From the NCBI GenBank assembly GCA_963677595.1, contig OY782041.1:2880001-2944000 (forward strand): a DNA stretch of 64,000 nucleotides, given 5' to 3'. The translations under genes and the position numbers were made by a program. The notes under the pieces were generated by a model that saw only the letters and a program-made list of their open reading frames with translations, ran no database searches and had not been told where the DNA came from. This DNA is from Spirochaetia bacterium (GTDB lineage: Bacteria > Spirochaetota > Spirochaetia > CAKZLE01). Of the stretch, positions 8,873-18,404 are shown piece after piece (positions within the stretch are counted from its first letter, which is position 1; each line of letters starts with the position of its first letter).

Positions 8873-10744
8873 TTAATACCAATCCTGTCGGCACCCATCA
8901 GAGCAGAAGATCTTCTTTCTATAGCCTGGGGTATGCACAAGAGGCTTCCCGCATGTTTTGCAATACCCCGATTCTCCTTGTTGGGAAGTTGTGTTCTGGT
9001 CTGATGTCCTGGATAAACAATACGATCGAACCTGCCCCTGCGTGAGGTTCATGCGGGATGCGATCTTGTTATACGATATGCCTTCTCTGCGGAATTCAGC
9101 GATTTTCTTTTTCTGGCGAACGGTGAGGGCAGGGAGTTTCTTTTCTATTGCAGCCTTATCCACTGTGATAATTGAACCATCACAGAAATGGAATCGCACA
9201 TCATGTGGAGAGTAGACCGTGATAAAATCCAGTAATGCATTCCAAAGATCAGAGTTGAATGTGGTTATGGGTTCCTTAGAATTCTGCAACTCATCATAAA
9301 ACTGGGTGGCTACATGTTTCTTCTCTACCTTATCTGCAATAGCTTTTTCTAACTTTTGAAGTCGTTTGGAATCTTTCTTGAATCGTTGCTGGAGAACCTG
9401 ATACTCTCCCTCAGATGCTGTGGGTGTTTCAGACTCTTCTGATTCTGCTGCTTCTCGGGCCGCCATGGTTTGCATCAACTCTGTTGTGACAGCTAGGTCT
9501 ACTTGCATTTGATCACGTTCTCTTTCAAGAGCAGATGTATCGAATAGCAGTTCATAGGTGAGTTTCTGGGTTTCGAGAATCGTTGGGGCGCTCTTGAGAA
9601 CTCGGTTCACGGCGATCACGAACATGCTCATGATATCCCGTTCAGTTACGTTCCCTGAAGTGCATGGTGCATGGGATGCATCGTACTTGCCATTACATTG
9701 CCAGAGGATCTTCTGACTGCCGGTATGTGGATGCCAGGTTTTCTTCCCAAACCATGAACCGCATTGACCGCATTTTACTTTCCCCGATAGCAGTCGTTCA
9801 CGATTATGTCGTCCTATCAATCCTTTCCGTCGTTCGAGTTCTGATTGGACGAGTTCGTATATGTCCTTGCTGATAATCGGCGTATGATTTTTCTCTACAT
9901 AGTATTGCGGGACTTCCCCTTCGTTATCTTTCAACTTATGGGTGAGAAAATCCACCGTGAACTTCTTCTGCAGCAGTGCATCGCCAATATATTTTTCATT
10001 CTGGAGAATTCGGGTAACACAGCCATCGTTCCAGGTTGTTTTCTTCCCCGGGGTAGGGATTCCCTGTTCGGTGAGTTTCACTGCAATCGAGGAAGGTGCG
10101 ATACCTTGGAGAAACAGGGAGTAGATAAGCCTCACCGTCTCAGCTTGTTCTTCATTGATCACGAACTCTCCGTTCGGTCCTCGATCGTATCCAAGGAATT
10201 GACCATATGCGACACTGACCTTACCGGCTTTTGCAAGTTTCCGCTTACTCCAGGTGACGTTCTCTGAAATCGATCGGCTTTCTTCCTGAGCGATAGAGCT
10301 CATGATCGTGATCAGCAGTTCTCCCTTTCCATCGAATGTCCAAATATTTTCCTTCTCGAAGAAACACTCAACGTGGTTCTTTTTCAGTTTTCGGATGGTG
10401 GTAAGGCTGTCTACCGTGTTTCTAGCAAATCTACTAACTGACTTCGTGACGATCAGGTCAATCTTACCGGCTAGGGCATCCGCTACCATCTGTTTGAAGC
10501 CCTCTCGATGGGTTGTAGTGGTGCCGCTGATCCCTTCATCAGTATAGACCTGTACGAATTCCCAATCTTGACGGCTCTTGATGTAGTGTGTGTAGTAGTC
10601 AATCTGTGCCTTATAACTCGAGAGCTGTTCATCATGATCAGTTGATACCCGGGCGTATCCGGCAACACGTCGTATATGGGTTCTCCTCCCGGTATCCCTC
10701 GCATTGATGTTTTTGGTTGCTGGTATGGTTCTAATGGTTGGCAT
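8873..10744 (-). CDS. Large serine recombinase with fused C-terminal HTH and Zn-finger module
   Basis: RVAGYARVST catalytic motif, DEGISG, TKSVSRFARN, recombinase domain YIGDALLQK, Zn ribbon CGQCG; extra QKKKIAEFRREG..VRSYC and CKTCGKP..KKIFCSDGCR tail. Confidence 0.93.
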   Translation of the reverse strand: MPTIRTIPATKNINARDTGRRTHIRRVAGYARVSTDHDEQLSSYKAQIDYYTHYIKSRQDWEFVQVYTDEGISGTTTTHREGFKQMVADALAGKIDLIVTKSVSRFARNTVDSLTTIRKLKKNHVECFFEKENIWTFDGKGELLITIMSSIAQEESRSISENVTWSKRKLAKAGKVSVAYGQFLGYDRGPNGEFVINEEQAETVRLIYSLFLQGIAPSSIAVKLTEQGIPTPGKKTTWNDGCVTRILQNEKYIGDALLQKKFTVDFLTHKLKDNEGEVPQYYVEKNHTPIISKDIYELVQSELERRKGLIGRHNRERLLSGKVKCGQCGSWFGKKTWHPHTGSQKILWQCNGKYDASHAPCTSGNVTERDIMSMFVIAVNRVLKSAPTILETQKLTYELLFDTSALERERDQMQVDLAVTTELMQTMAAREAAESEESETPTASEGEYQVLQQRFKKDSKRLQKLEKAIADKVEKKHVATQFYDELQNSKEPITTFNSDLWNALLDFITVYSPHDVRFHFCDGSIITVDKAAIEKKLPALTVRQKKKIAEFRREGISYNKIASRMNLTQGQVRSYCLSRTSDQNTTSQQGESGYCKTCGKPLVHTPGYRKKIFCSDGCRQDWY

Positions 10745-11639
10745 GAGGTTTCTCCTTGGCTTGGTGTGTACTTGCGGCTATTCGAGCTCGATGCTTTGCA
10801 TCCCAGAACTGGGTATGAGTTCGTCCATTCGTGAAATGGAAGGTAAAGGTCCCATCACCGCTTCCGGTGATATGATCCACTTCTCTCGTGAAGGCATCTT
10901 CGTTAAACGCTTCATGTTTCATCTCGAAGGCTGAGAGCTGTTTTAATTGCTCTTCGTTGATCCCGATGCTCCTACAGCCCGTTGGTCCATATTTTTTGTT
11001 TGATGCACATCGCCAGTTTGCATTGGTGGGTGTCTTGTAAATCCTGATATACTTCCTGCCGCATTTCTCGCAGCTGATCTTCCCGGTAAAACACCGTTTG
11101 ACCATCTTCGGCATGATGAATACGCCGAGCTCTTTTCGTCTCGTTATCTCTGCAGCTACGGCATCAAAGGTCTCTCGACTGACAATCGCCGTATGGGTAT
11201 CTGATATATAGTGCATTGGGAATTCCCCTGTATTCTTTTTGCGCTTATGCTTCATGAAATCCGCACAGTAGGTTTTCTGGAGTAGGGTATCCCCGATATA
11301 TCGTTCATTGTGGAGGATGGTGTGGATTGCGACATCATTGAAGGGTTTTTCGAAGTGATCTACTTCCCGCTTATTCAGATCATCTGAGATCCTTTTCATC
11401 GATTTCCCTTTCAGGTAGTGCTTGAATATGCTTCGTACTACCCGTGCCGGTTTCGGATCTATGACCAGCTTCTTACCATTCCAGCGATATCCATAGACTC
11501 GATGGTTCAAGCTGATTCCCTGCTCATATTTCTTCCTCACTGCCCATCTGAGGTTCTCAGATATACTCCTGCTTTCCTCTTGGGCGAAGGTCCCGAGTAT
11601 GGTGACCATGAGCTCATGAGACAGGGGCATAGACAGCAA
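10731..11639 (-). CDS. Large serine recombinase lacking the N-terminal catalytic domain
   Basis: Begins near ELMVTILGTFAQEESRSISEN; has recombinase and Zn-ribbon domains; no YxRVS upstream, and an in-frame TAA precedes it. Confidence 0.8.
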   Translation of the reverse strand: MLSMPLSHELMVTILGTFAQEESRSISENLRWAVRKKYEQGISLNHRVYGYRWNGKKLVIDPKPARVVRSIFKHYLKGKSMKRISDDLNKREVDHFEKPFNDVAIHTILHNERYIGDTLLQKTYCADFMKHKRKKNTGEFPMHYISDTHTAIVSRETFDAVAAEITRRKELGVFIMPKMVKRCFTGKISCEKCGRKYIRIYKTPTNANWRCASNKKYGPTGCRSIGINEEQLKQLSAFEMKHEAFNEDAFTREVDHITGSGDGTFTFHFTNGRTHTQFWDAKHRARIAASTHQAKEKPHANH

Positions 11640-11821
11640 CTTGAAATGGAGTAGGGTGCGCGTGTTGTGGGAAGTCCTACGATAGATGAGCCCCTTCCTG
11701 GACGTTTATGCGTCTTTTTGCCTCTTTGTTTCAACTGTCATGACAAATACCTCGGATTCTTGAATCAAATCCACCCAAATCATGTTTATAACTTATAGAT
11801 AGATACAAGGAGGCATAAGCC

Positions 11822-12226
11822 ATGAACAATCTGAATTCCATCATTCTCGAGGGGAACCTGGTGCGAGACCCAGAGCTCAAGATGACCCAGAGCGGGACCA
11901 ATGTCTGCAGAATGCAGATCGCCACGAACCGGTACTACCGGAAGGGCGAGGAGCAGGTCAAGGAGGTCATGTATCTCTGTGTCGAAGCCTGGGCGAACAC
12001 GGCCCTAATCTGCCAGGAGTACCTGGGCAAGGGGAGCTGGGTGCGTGCCGTGGGGAGGCTCCGACAGGATCGGTGGAAGAACCAGGAGGGACAGAACCGG
12101 GAACGGTATGTCCTGGTCGCCGAGCATGTGGAGTTCCGCTCTCCCCTGAGGAAGCAGGAGGAGGAGGGGACCCCCGAGAGTGTCGCTGCTGAGGCGCAGA
12201 AGGTCCTCTCCCCTGAGAAGGGCTGA
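11822..12226 (+). CDS. ssb: Single-stranded DNA-binding protein
   Basis: MNNLNSIILEGNLVRDPEL, GRLRQDRW, VAEHVEF; AAGGAGG RBS. Confidence 0.93.
   Translation: MNNLNSIILEGNLVRDPELKMTQSGTNVCRMQIATNRYYRKGEEQVKEVMYLCVEAWANTALICQEYLGKGSWVRAVGRLRQDRWKNQEGQNRERYVLVAEHVEFRSPLRKQEEEGTPESVAAEAQKVLSPEKG
11832..11850 (+). repeat. Right att-like direct repeat within ssb
   Basis: Identical to positions 1-19. Confidence 0.85.
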
Positions 12227-12231
12227 TGAGT

Positions 12232-12260
12232 ATGAGCCCCGCAGGAAAAGCGGGGCTCAT
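12232..12260 (+). terminator. Hairpin after ssb
   Basis: ATGAGCCCCGC...GCGGGGCTCAT perfect stem. Confidence 0.7.
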
Positions 12261-12360
12261 CTTTGAATCGGACGTGATAGGCACTCTGTGTTCTTTCCTT
12301 TTTTATCGATTAGCACTATATTGTAGGGGAGTGAAGAACGAACAACCATTTGGAGGTACC

Positions 12361-12684
12361 ATGGGTAAGGAAGTGACCATAACGATGGCAAATTTCGAAC
12401 AGGAAGTCCTCAAGTCAGATAAACCTGTTCTCGTAGATTTCTGGGCTGAATGGTGTATGCCGTGCAAGATGCTCGGGCCGGTAGTCGCAGAGATCGCTGA
12501 AACACACGGCGATAAGATCACTGTGGGGAAGGTCGATGTCGATTCCGCAGGCGAGATCGCCAGCCAGTACGGCATCGTGAGCATCCCGACACTGATCCTG
12601 TTCAAGGACGGCGAGCCGGTGAACCAGAGGATCGGGGCAGGCTCCCTGCAGGCGATCGAAGGGTTCATCAAGGATTATATCTAA
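12361..12684 (+). CDS. trxA: Thioredoxin
   Basis: VLVDFWAEWCMPCK, SIPTL; GGAGG RBS before ATG 12361. Confidence 0.95.
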   Translation: MGKEVTITMANFEQEVLKSDKPVLVDFWAEWCMPCKMLGPVVAEIAETHGDKITVGKVDVDSAGEIASQYGIVSIPTLILFKDGEPVNQRIGAGSLQAIEGFIKDYI

Positions 12685-12706
12685 GAGGATGTTCTCCTAA
12701 AGACAG

Positions 12707-12741
12707 AAGGGGTGGGTACCGTATGCGGCCCACCCTTTTTT
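12707..12741. terminator. Terminator between convergent genes
   Basis: AAGGGGTGGG...CCCACCCTTTTTT. Confidence 0.65.
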
Positions 12742-13700
12742 CATTCATACACTTCATCACTGTTCACCTCCCCGAATGTGGAACCCGAGGTCGGTACCGT
12801 ATGCCAGTCAGCTGCTGAATCCGTGTCCTTCGGTACAGAAGCACGGCAGGCGGACCTCGTGGCCGTGGTCTTCGTGGACCGTACCGCTCCCTCCGGCTTG
12901 AGTGATCCCCAGGCCCCTTCCCCTACCAGATACTTCACCTTCTCAAGCATCAAGGTGCTCCCGAAGCCCTGGTACTTCTCATCAGAGTCGCTGAACCGGT
13001 TGGAGTAGACGACTGCATCCATGAGGTTCCCGCTGCAAGAGGTATAGAGGCTCAGGACCCCGTTGTTCCCGGAGAGCCCGACAGGCTCTTCCATGGAGAA
13101 CTGGCGTTCAGCATCGAATGCCTCCGGGGTATCCGTGCAGTGGATGATGAGGTACTCCCCCTTCGTTACCTCCAGGGCGGGGAGGATGCACTTCTGCCGG
13201 AAGTCACCAGCAGTCCCGTCGAAGAGGCAGACTCCTGCGGTGTTCCCGGCAGAGGTGACGTACAGTTCCACCGCGTCAGGATGCCGCTTCGACCCTTTCG
13301 TGGTGAACTCGTTGATGATCATGCCGGGAGGGGAGGGGTTCCACCCGTAGACTGACAGGTACGCCATCGAGGAGTTCCCGGCAGTGTCGCAGATCCTCCC
13401 GGTAAGTTCATATACCCCTCCCGGGATGAGTTCCTCTGCGGTCGTGAGGCGAATCGTCTCATCTGTGACGATGATCCCCTCCAGGGTGATGTCCTCCCCA
13501 AGTGAGAACGTGTCGGCATCGGCTTCTGCGGCTTCGCTGCAGGTGATCGTGATCTCCCGCACTCCAGTGGCTGAACAGCTCAGGATAAGCGGTGGGGTGG
13601 TATCCTGTGAGGATACAGCCTGGTAGGCCGCGATCGGGGTGCAGCCTGAGCAGGCGGCGAAAAGAAACAGGGATGAGATTAAGATGGCAATGGATTTCAT
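12741..13700 (-). CDS. Lipoprotein with Ig-like and lamin-tail-like domain
   Basis: Lipobox-like FAAC, DTTPPLI, D-AGNS, MIINEF...DAVELY. Confidence 0.7.
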   Translation of the reverse strand: MKSIAILISSLFLFAACSGCTPIAAYQAVSSQDTTPPLILSCSATGVREITITCSEAAEADADTFSLGEDITLEGIIVTDETIRLTTAEELIPGGVYELTGRICDTAGNSSMAYLSVYGWNPSPPGMIINEFTTKGSKRHPDAVELYVTSAGNTAGVCLFDGTAGDFRQKCILPALEVTKGEYLIIHCTDTPEAFDAERQFSMEEPVGLSGNNGVLSLYTSCSGNLMDAVVYSNRFSDSDEKYQGFGSTLMLEKVKYLVGEGAWGSLKPEGAVRSTKTTATRSACRASVPKDTDSAADWHTVPTSGSTFGEVNSDEVYE

Positions 13701-13838
13701 AGGTTCCTCCTATAGGATTTAACCGCATAAAAGGGCGTTTTGATTCAATACCGTTGCAAAAACCTCCATTCCTTGAAATAATGAGCCTTATACAGTGGAA
13801 AGAGAGTAATGAACTATACAGATTGAGGGGGACAATAT

Positions 13839-15662
13839 ATGTGTGGTATCGTAGGATATTGCGGCCCGAGGGCGGTCAGCGACGTGCTGATCGAGGGGCT
13901 GAGAAGACTTGAGTACCGGGGGTATGACTCAGCCGGGATCAGTGTGACTGACGGGAGTGAGTTCACCACCGTGAAGAAGAAGGGCAAGATCAAGGATCTT
14001 GCTCAAGCCATAGAGGAGCCGATCACCGGCCTTGCAGGTATCGGCCATACCCGCTGGGCTACCCATGGAGAGGTGACCGATACCAATGCCCATCCCCATG
14101 TTGACGATACCGGCAAGGTGGTAATCGTCCATAACGGCATCATCGAGAACTACGAGGTGCTCAAGACCCGACTGATGAGCAAAGGCCATGTGTTCGCCAC
14201 CCAGACCGACTCCGAAGTCATCGCCCACCTGATCGCCGACTACTACGACGGAGACCTTGAGAAGGCGCTGCTCGAGGTCCTGCCGATCCTCAAGGGAACC
14301 TATGGGCTTGCCGTCATGCACCGGGATGAGCCGGGAAAGATCGTCGGCGTGAGAAACGGTTCACCGCTGGTCCTCGGGGTAGGAGAGGGAGAGATGTTCC
14401 TCGCATCCGACGTGACCGCGATCCTGCAGTATACGAGGAATGCGATCTACTTCAACGACGGGGACCTCGTTTCCATCACCAAGGACGGCTACAAGACCTT
14501 TGACTTGAACAACAATGAGGTGTCCAAACATATCGAGGAGATCAACTGGGAGATTAACCAGATCGAGAAGGACGGCTTCAGCCACTTCATGGAGAAGGAG
14601 ATCTTCGAGCAGGTCGAGTCGATCAAGCGGGCCTTCACCGGTCGGCTCAACCGTGACTCGGCTACCGGCCACCTAGGCGGGCTCGATATGGAGCCGCGGG
14701 ACCTGCTGCAGGTCCAGCGGGTGAAGATCATCGCTGCCGGTACCTCCTATTACGCCAGCATGATCGGCGCCTACCTCATCGAACGGATCGCGAGGATCCC
14801 CGCTGCCGCGGAGCTCTCCTCCGAGGTGCGGTACAAGAATCCGATCGTGGAGGCAAACACCCTCTATTTCGCCGTCTCCCAGTCGGGAGAGACTGCGGAC
14901 ACCCTCTATGCCATGCGGGAGCTGCAGCGAAAGGGTGCCCGGGTGCTCGGTATCTGCAACGTCGTCGGGTCGACCATCGCACGGGAGTCGAACGGGGGCG
15001 TCTACCTTCACTCAGGCCCTGAGATCGCCGTCGCATCGACCAAGGCATTCACCTCCCAGCTCACCATCTTCTATATCTTTACCCTGATCCTGGCCCGAAT
15101 GCGCCATATGGGAGTGGAGGACGGACTCGATTTCATCAATGCCCTGGAGCAGGTACCTGCAAAGATCTCGGAGATCCTCACGAAGACAGACGAGCTTCGT
15201 GCCCTGGCGATGAAGTACTACCGGAGTGCGAACTTCCTCTTCCTCGGACGGGGGCTCAACTACGCGGTAGCCATGGAGGGGGCCCTGAAGCTGAAGGAGA
15301 TCTCCTACATCCATGCCGAGGGATTCAGTGCCGCGGAGATCAAGCACGGACCGATCGCCCTGATCAACGAGACCACACCAAGCCTCTTCATCGTGCCGAA
15401 CGATGCGCTGCGTGAGAAGGTCATCTCCAACATGAAGGAAGTGAAGGCCCGAAAGGGCAAGCTCATCGCCTTCGCCGTGGAGGGGGATGATGAGGTCGCC
15501 GGCATCGCCGACGACGTCTTCTTCGTACCGAAGGCCCACGAATTGATGTACCCCTTCCTCATGGTCGTCCCTGCCCAGGTATTCGCCTACTACTGTGCCA
15601 TGGATCTCGGAAGGGATGTGGACCAGCCTCGTAACCTGGCCAAGAGCGTCACGGTGGAATAA
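13839..15662 (+). CDS. glmS: Glutamine-fructose-6-phosphate transaminase
   Basis: MCGIVG, LEYRGYDSAG, GHTRWATHG, C-terminal PRNLAKSVTVE. Confidence 0.98.
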   Translation: MCGIVGYCGPRAVSDVLIEGLRRLEYRGYDSAGISVTDGSEFTTVKKKGKIKDLAQAIEEPITGLAGIGHTRWATHGEVTDTNAHPHVDDTGKVVIVHNGIIENYEVLKTRLMSKGHVFATQTDSEVIAHLIADYYDGDLEKALLEVLPILKGTYGLAVMHRDEPGKIVGVRNGSPLVLGVGEGEMFLASDVTAILQYTRNAIYFNDGDLVSITKDGYKTFDLNNNEVSKHIEEINWEINQIEKDGFSHFMEKEIFEQVESIKRAFTGRLNRDSATGHLGGLDMEPRDLLQVQRVKIIAAGTSYYASMIGAYLIERIARIPAAAELSSEVRYKNPIVEANTLYFAVSQSGETADTLYAMRELQRKGARVLGICNVVGSTIARESNGGVYLHSGPEIAVASTKAFTSQLTIFYIFTLILARMRHMGVEDGLDFINALEQVPAKISEILTKTDELRALAMKYYRSANFLFLGRGLNYAVAMEGALKLKEISYIHAEGFSAAEIKHGPIALINETTPSLFIVPNDALREKVISNMKEVKARKGKLIAFAVEGDDEVAGIADDVFFVPKAHELMYPFLMVVPAQVFAYYCAMDLGRDVDQPRNLAKSVTVE

Positions 15663-15686
15663 TCTTCCTATACTACATAATTCGGA

Positions 15687-15718
15687 GAAACTGATTCCCT
15701 TGAACAGGAATCAGTTTC
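15687..15718. terminator. Hairpin after glmS
   Basis: GAAACTGATTCC...GGAATCAGTTTC 12-bp stem. Confidence 0.65.
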
Positions 15719-15881
15719 CTCTGGATGATACGTGGATAGATGTCGTAGTGTTGTTCGATGCTTCTGGTGAATCCGTATGACAGTGCTGGTCGTTTGATCC
15801 AGATACCATCCCAGGATCTTAGCAGCGATGGATCAGTTTTCCTTGCCCAGGAAGCGAAGACAAACCGTTTCTATTCTTTCG

Positions 15882-16199
15882 TCACAGGCGCTTTCCTTCC
15901 GTTTTAATAGTCGATTCCATCGTCATTGGCAGCGTTGCGCGGTCCTCGAAGGTTTCTTTGTCATATACAAGTATATCCAGTGGTTTCTTCAATGCTGGAT
16001 ATATCTCTTTGCGTAGTTTTCGGGAGAGTGATCGTAATCGTTCATCAGGTTTTTCAAAGATAAAGCATAGATCAATATCGCTGTCCTCTGTATCAGTGCC
16101 CTTTGAGGTGGATCCGAATAAGAAGATTTCAACCCCGGAATATTCTTCTTTGATCTTTTGTGAGATGTTAGAGATCTTTCTCGTAAGCGCTGGGCTCAT
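15882..16199 (-). CDS. Minimal nucleotidyltransferase (MNT antitoxin-type)
   Basis: IFLFGSTSKG..EDSDIDL, PLDILV. Confidence 0.85.
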   Translation of the reverse strand: MSPALTRKISNISQKIKEEYSGVEIFLFGSTSKGTDTEDSDIDLCFIFEKPDERLRSLSRKLRKEIYPALKKPLDILVYDKETFEDRATLPMTMESTIKTEGKRL

Positions 16200-16451
16200 A
16201 ATGGGCTCCTTGATAATAAGATATCATATCTGGATGATTTTTTGAAATAGTATCGTGCGTGTTTTCTGACCAGCTGCGAAACTCGGGAAGGTCGCCTTGA
16301 TACGGCGTCCTTCTGAGCATCATGGGCATCCTTGGACTGTGATCTCCACCTTTTCCGTGAAAATGATGGCAAGATGGAGTCGGAGGACGTATAATCGAAG
16401 TACCGACTCGCTTCAGCATCACGGGACGTACGGTATAAGGAGGGGTACGCG

Positions 16452-18332
16452 ATGAGACCTGAGGGGGAGCATCTGCAACGGTCCTTGAGGACGAAAGAGG
16501 TATTCTCTATCGCTGCTGGTGCCATGATCAGCACGGGGCTGTTCGTCCTGCCTGCCGTGGTCTACCTCAAGGCAGGACCCTCGATCCTTACCGCCTACCT
16601 GCTGGCTTCGATCTTCATCGTCCCCGCGATGTTCTCGAAGGCAGAGCTGGCAACGGCTATGCCCAAGTCCGGAGGGGTCTACTTCTTCATCAACCGGAGT
16701 TTCGGGGGGCTCTTCGGGACCTTCACCGGTTTCGCCTCCTGGTTCTCCCTCTCCCTGAAGAGCGCGTTCGCCCTCATCGGGATCGGGGTCTTCCTCGAGC
16801 CCCTCGTCCCGGTCTACTCCCCGGACATGATCAAGTACATCGCCCTTGGGTTCATGGTGGTCTTCACCATCCTCAACCTGCTGAGCGTCGAGGCGAGCGG
16901 CAGGGTCCAGTTCATCATGGTCGCGATCCTGCTGGTCATCCTGACGGCCTTCGTCATCTTCGGCCTTCCCCATGTCGATATGCGCCGTTTCCACCCCTAT
17001 GCTGCAGGAGGCTGGGAACAGATCTTCCTCGTCACCGGGATGATCTTCATCTCCTACGGCGGGCTGACGAAGGTCGCCTCCATCGCGGAGGAGGTCCATG
17101 ACCCGACACGGTCCATCCCGCGAGGGATGTTTAGCGCCTTCGTCGTCGTGTCTGTCCTGTATATCCTGAGCATCATCGTCACCGTCGGGGTTCTCCCCGT
17201 CCAGACGATCTCGACGACCCTGACACCGCTCTCCACTGCTGCCCGTACCTTCCTCGGGGCACCGGGGTATATCATCCTGTCGATCGGTGCCATGATGGCT
17301 TTCGTAACCACGGCAAATGCCGGCCTGATGGCTGCATCCCGCAGCCCCCTAGCCATGTCGCGGGACAATATGCTCCCGCCGGTCTTCCGCCGGGTGAGTT
17401 CCCGCTTCAATACCCCCTATGTCTCCATCCTGCTCACCTCCGTCTTTATGTCGGCCTGCATCGTCTTCCTCGATATCGAGAGCCTGGTGAAGGTCGCATC
17501 CACGATGAAGCTCCTCATGTTCTCCCTGGTCAACATCTCCGTCATCCTCATGCGCCAGAGCAGGATCGTCTCCTACCGGCCGACCTTCCGCTCCCCGCTC
17601 TATCCCTACCTGCAGATAGCCGGCAGCCTCATCTACGTCCTGCTGATCCTGCAGATGGGGAGGCTGCCGCTCATCCTCGCGGGAGTCTTTTTCCTCGTAT
17701 CGGTGAGCTGGTATTATCTCTATGTAAGACCCCGGGTGTCACAGAAGTCGGCGTTCATCCACCTAGTCGAGAACCTCACGAACAAGGAGATCGTCGAGAA
17801 CGAGGTGAAGCTCGAGGAGGAGCTCATCGATATCCTCCGTGAGCGGGACCAGATCATCGAGGATCGGTTCGATACGGTCATCAGCCGTTCCCCCGTCATG
17901 GATATGGACCATACCGTCACCAGGGAAGAGTTCTTCACCGAGGTCGCGAAAGTCATAGGTGAGCGTTGGGATATCGACGCGGCGAAGGTCAAGAAGAAGC
18001 TGCAGGAGCGGGAGGAGCAGGCTTCCACCCTGATCTACCCCGGGGTGGCAGTGCCCCACGCGATCCCCCATATCATCATCGAGGGGAAGCACAGCTTCGA
18101 TATCGTGCTGGTGCGCAACAAGTACGGGATCGTCTGGAACGATGAGGGGGAAGTCGTGTATACCGCCTTCTGCCTCGTCGGGAGCAAGGACGAGAGGAAC
18201 TTCCACCTCAAGGCCCTCATGTCGATCGCCCAGGTCCTGCAGGACCCTGAGTTCCATAAGCAGTGGACCCAGGCAAGAACCCCTGATGAGCTGCGGAGTG
18301 TGATCCTCCTGACGAAAAGACGGAGAAATTGA
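16452..18332 (+). CDS. APC amino acid permease fused to PTS EIIA-like domain
   Basis: GAMISTGLFVLP, AELATAMPKSGG, many TM segments; C-terminal ERE..ST..GVAVPH. Confidence 0.9.
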   Translation: MRPEGEHLQRSLRTKEVFSIAAGAMISTGLFVLPAVVYLKAGPSILTAYLLASIFIVPAMFSKAELATAMPKSGGVYFFINRSFGGLFGTFTGFASWFSLSLKSAFALIGIGVFLEPLVPVYSPDMIKYIALGFMVVFTILNLLSVEASGRVQFIMVAILLVILTAFVIFGLPHVDMRRFHPYAAGGWEQIFLVTGMIFISYGGLTKVASIAEEVHDPTRSIPRGMFSAFVVVSVLYILSIIVTVGVLPVQTISTTLTPLSTAARTFLGAPGYIILSIGAMMAFVTTANAGLMAASRSPLAMSRDNMLPPVFRRVSSRFNTPYVSILLTSVFMSACIVFLDIESLVKVASTMKLLMFSLVNISVILMRQSRIVSYRPTFRSPLYPYLQIAGSLIYVLLILQMGRLPLILAGVFFLVSVSWYYLYVRPRVSQKSAFIHLVENLTNKEIVENEVKLEEELIDILRERDQIIEDRFDTVISRSPVMDMDHTVTREEFFTEVAKVIGERWDIDAAKVKKKLQEREEQASTLIYPGVAVPHAIPHIIIEGKHSFDIVLVRNKYGIVWNDEGEVVYTAFCLVGSKDERNFHLKALMSIAQVLQDPEFHKQWTQARTPDELRSVILLTKRRRN

Positions 18333-18404
18333 TCCACATCTTCCCACAAAGCCCGTAGTTTGCCGTATACTTGAACTACCAGCACAGATAGGGGAGGATT
18401 TACA

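Larger units (their letters stand above)
1..11850. mobile_element. Serine-recombinase genomic island integrated in ssb
   Basis: 19-bp terminal direct repeat from ssb, two large serine recombinase genes at the right end, lower GC than the backbone, adhesin cargo. Confidence 0.8.

Noticed and set aside
13700-13839. glmS ribozyme
   Set aside because: Short AT-rich divergent promoter region with no recognisable ribozyme core.
15662-16400. Tn7 insertion at attTn7 downstream of glmS
   Set aside because: No TGT end or tns genes there; only a terminator and an MNT gene.
16196-16534. HEPN toxin partner for the MNT gene
   Set aside because: Only vague resemblance (EASRY..DAQKDA), it overlaps the permease on the opposite strand, and no clear RxxxxH motif is present.
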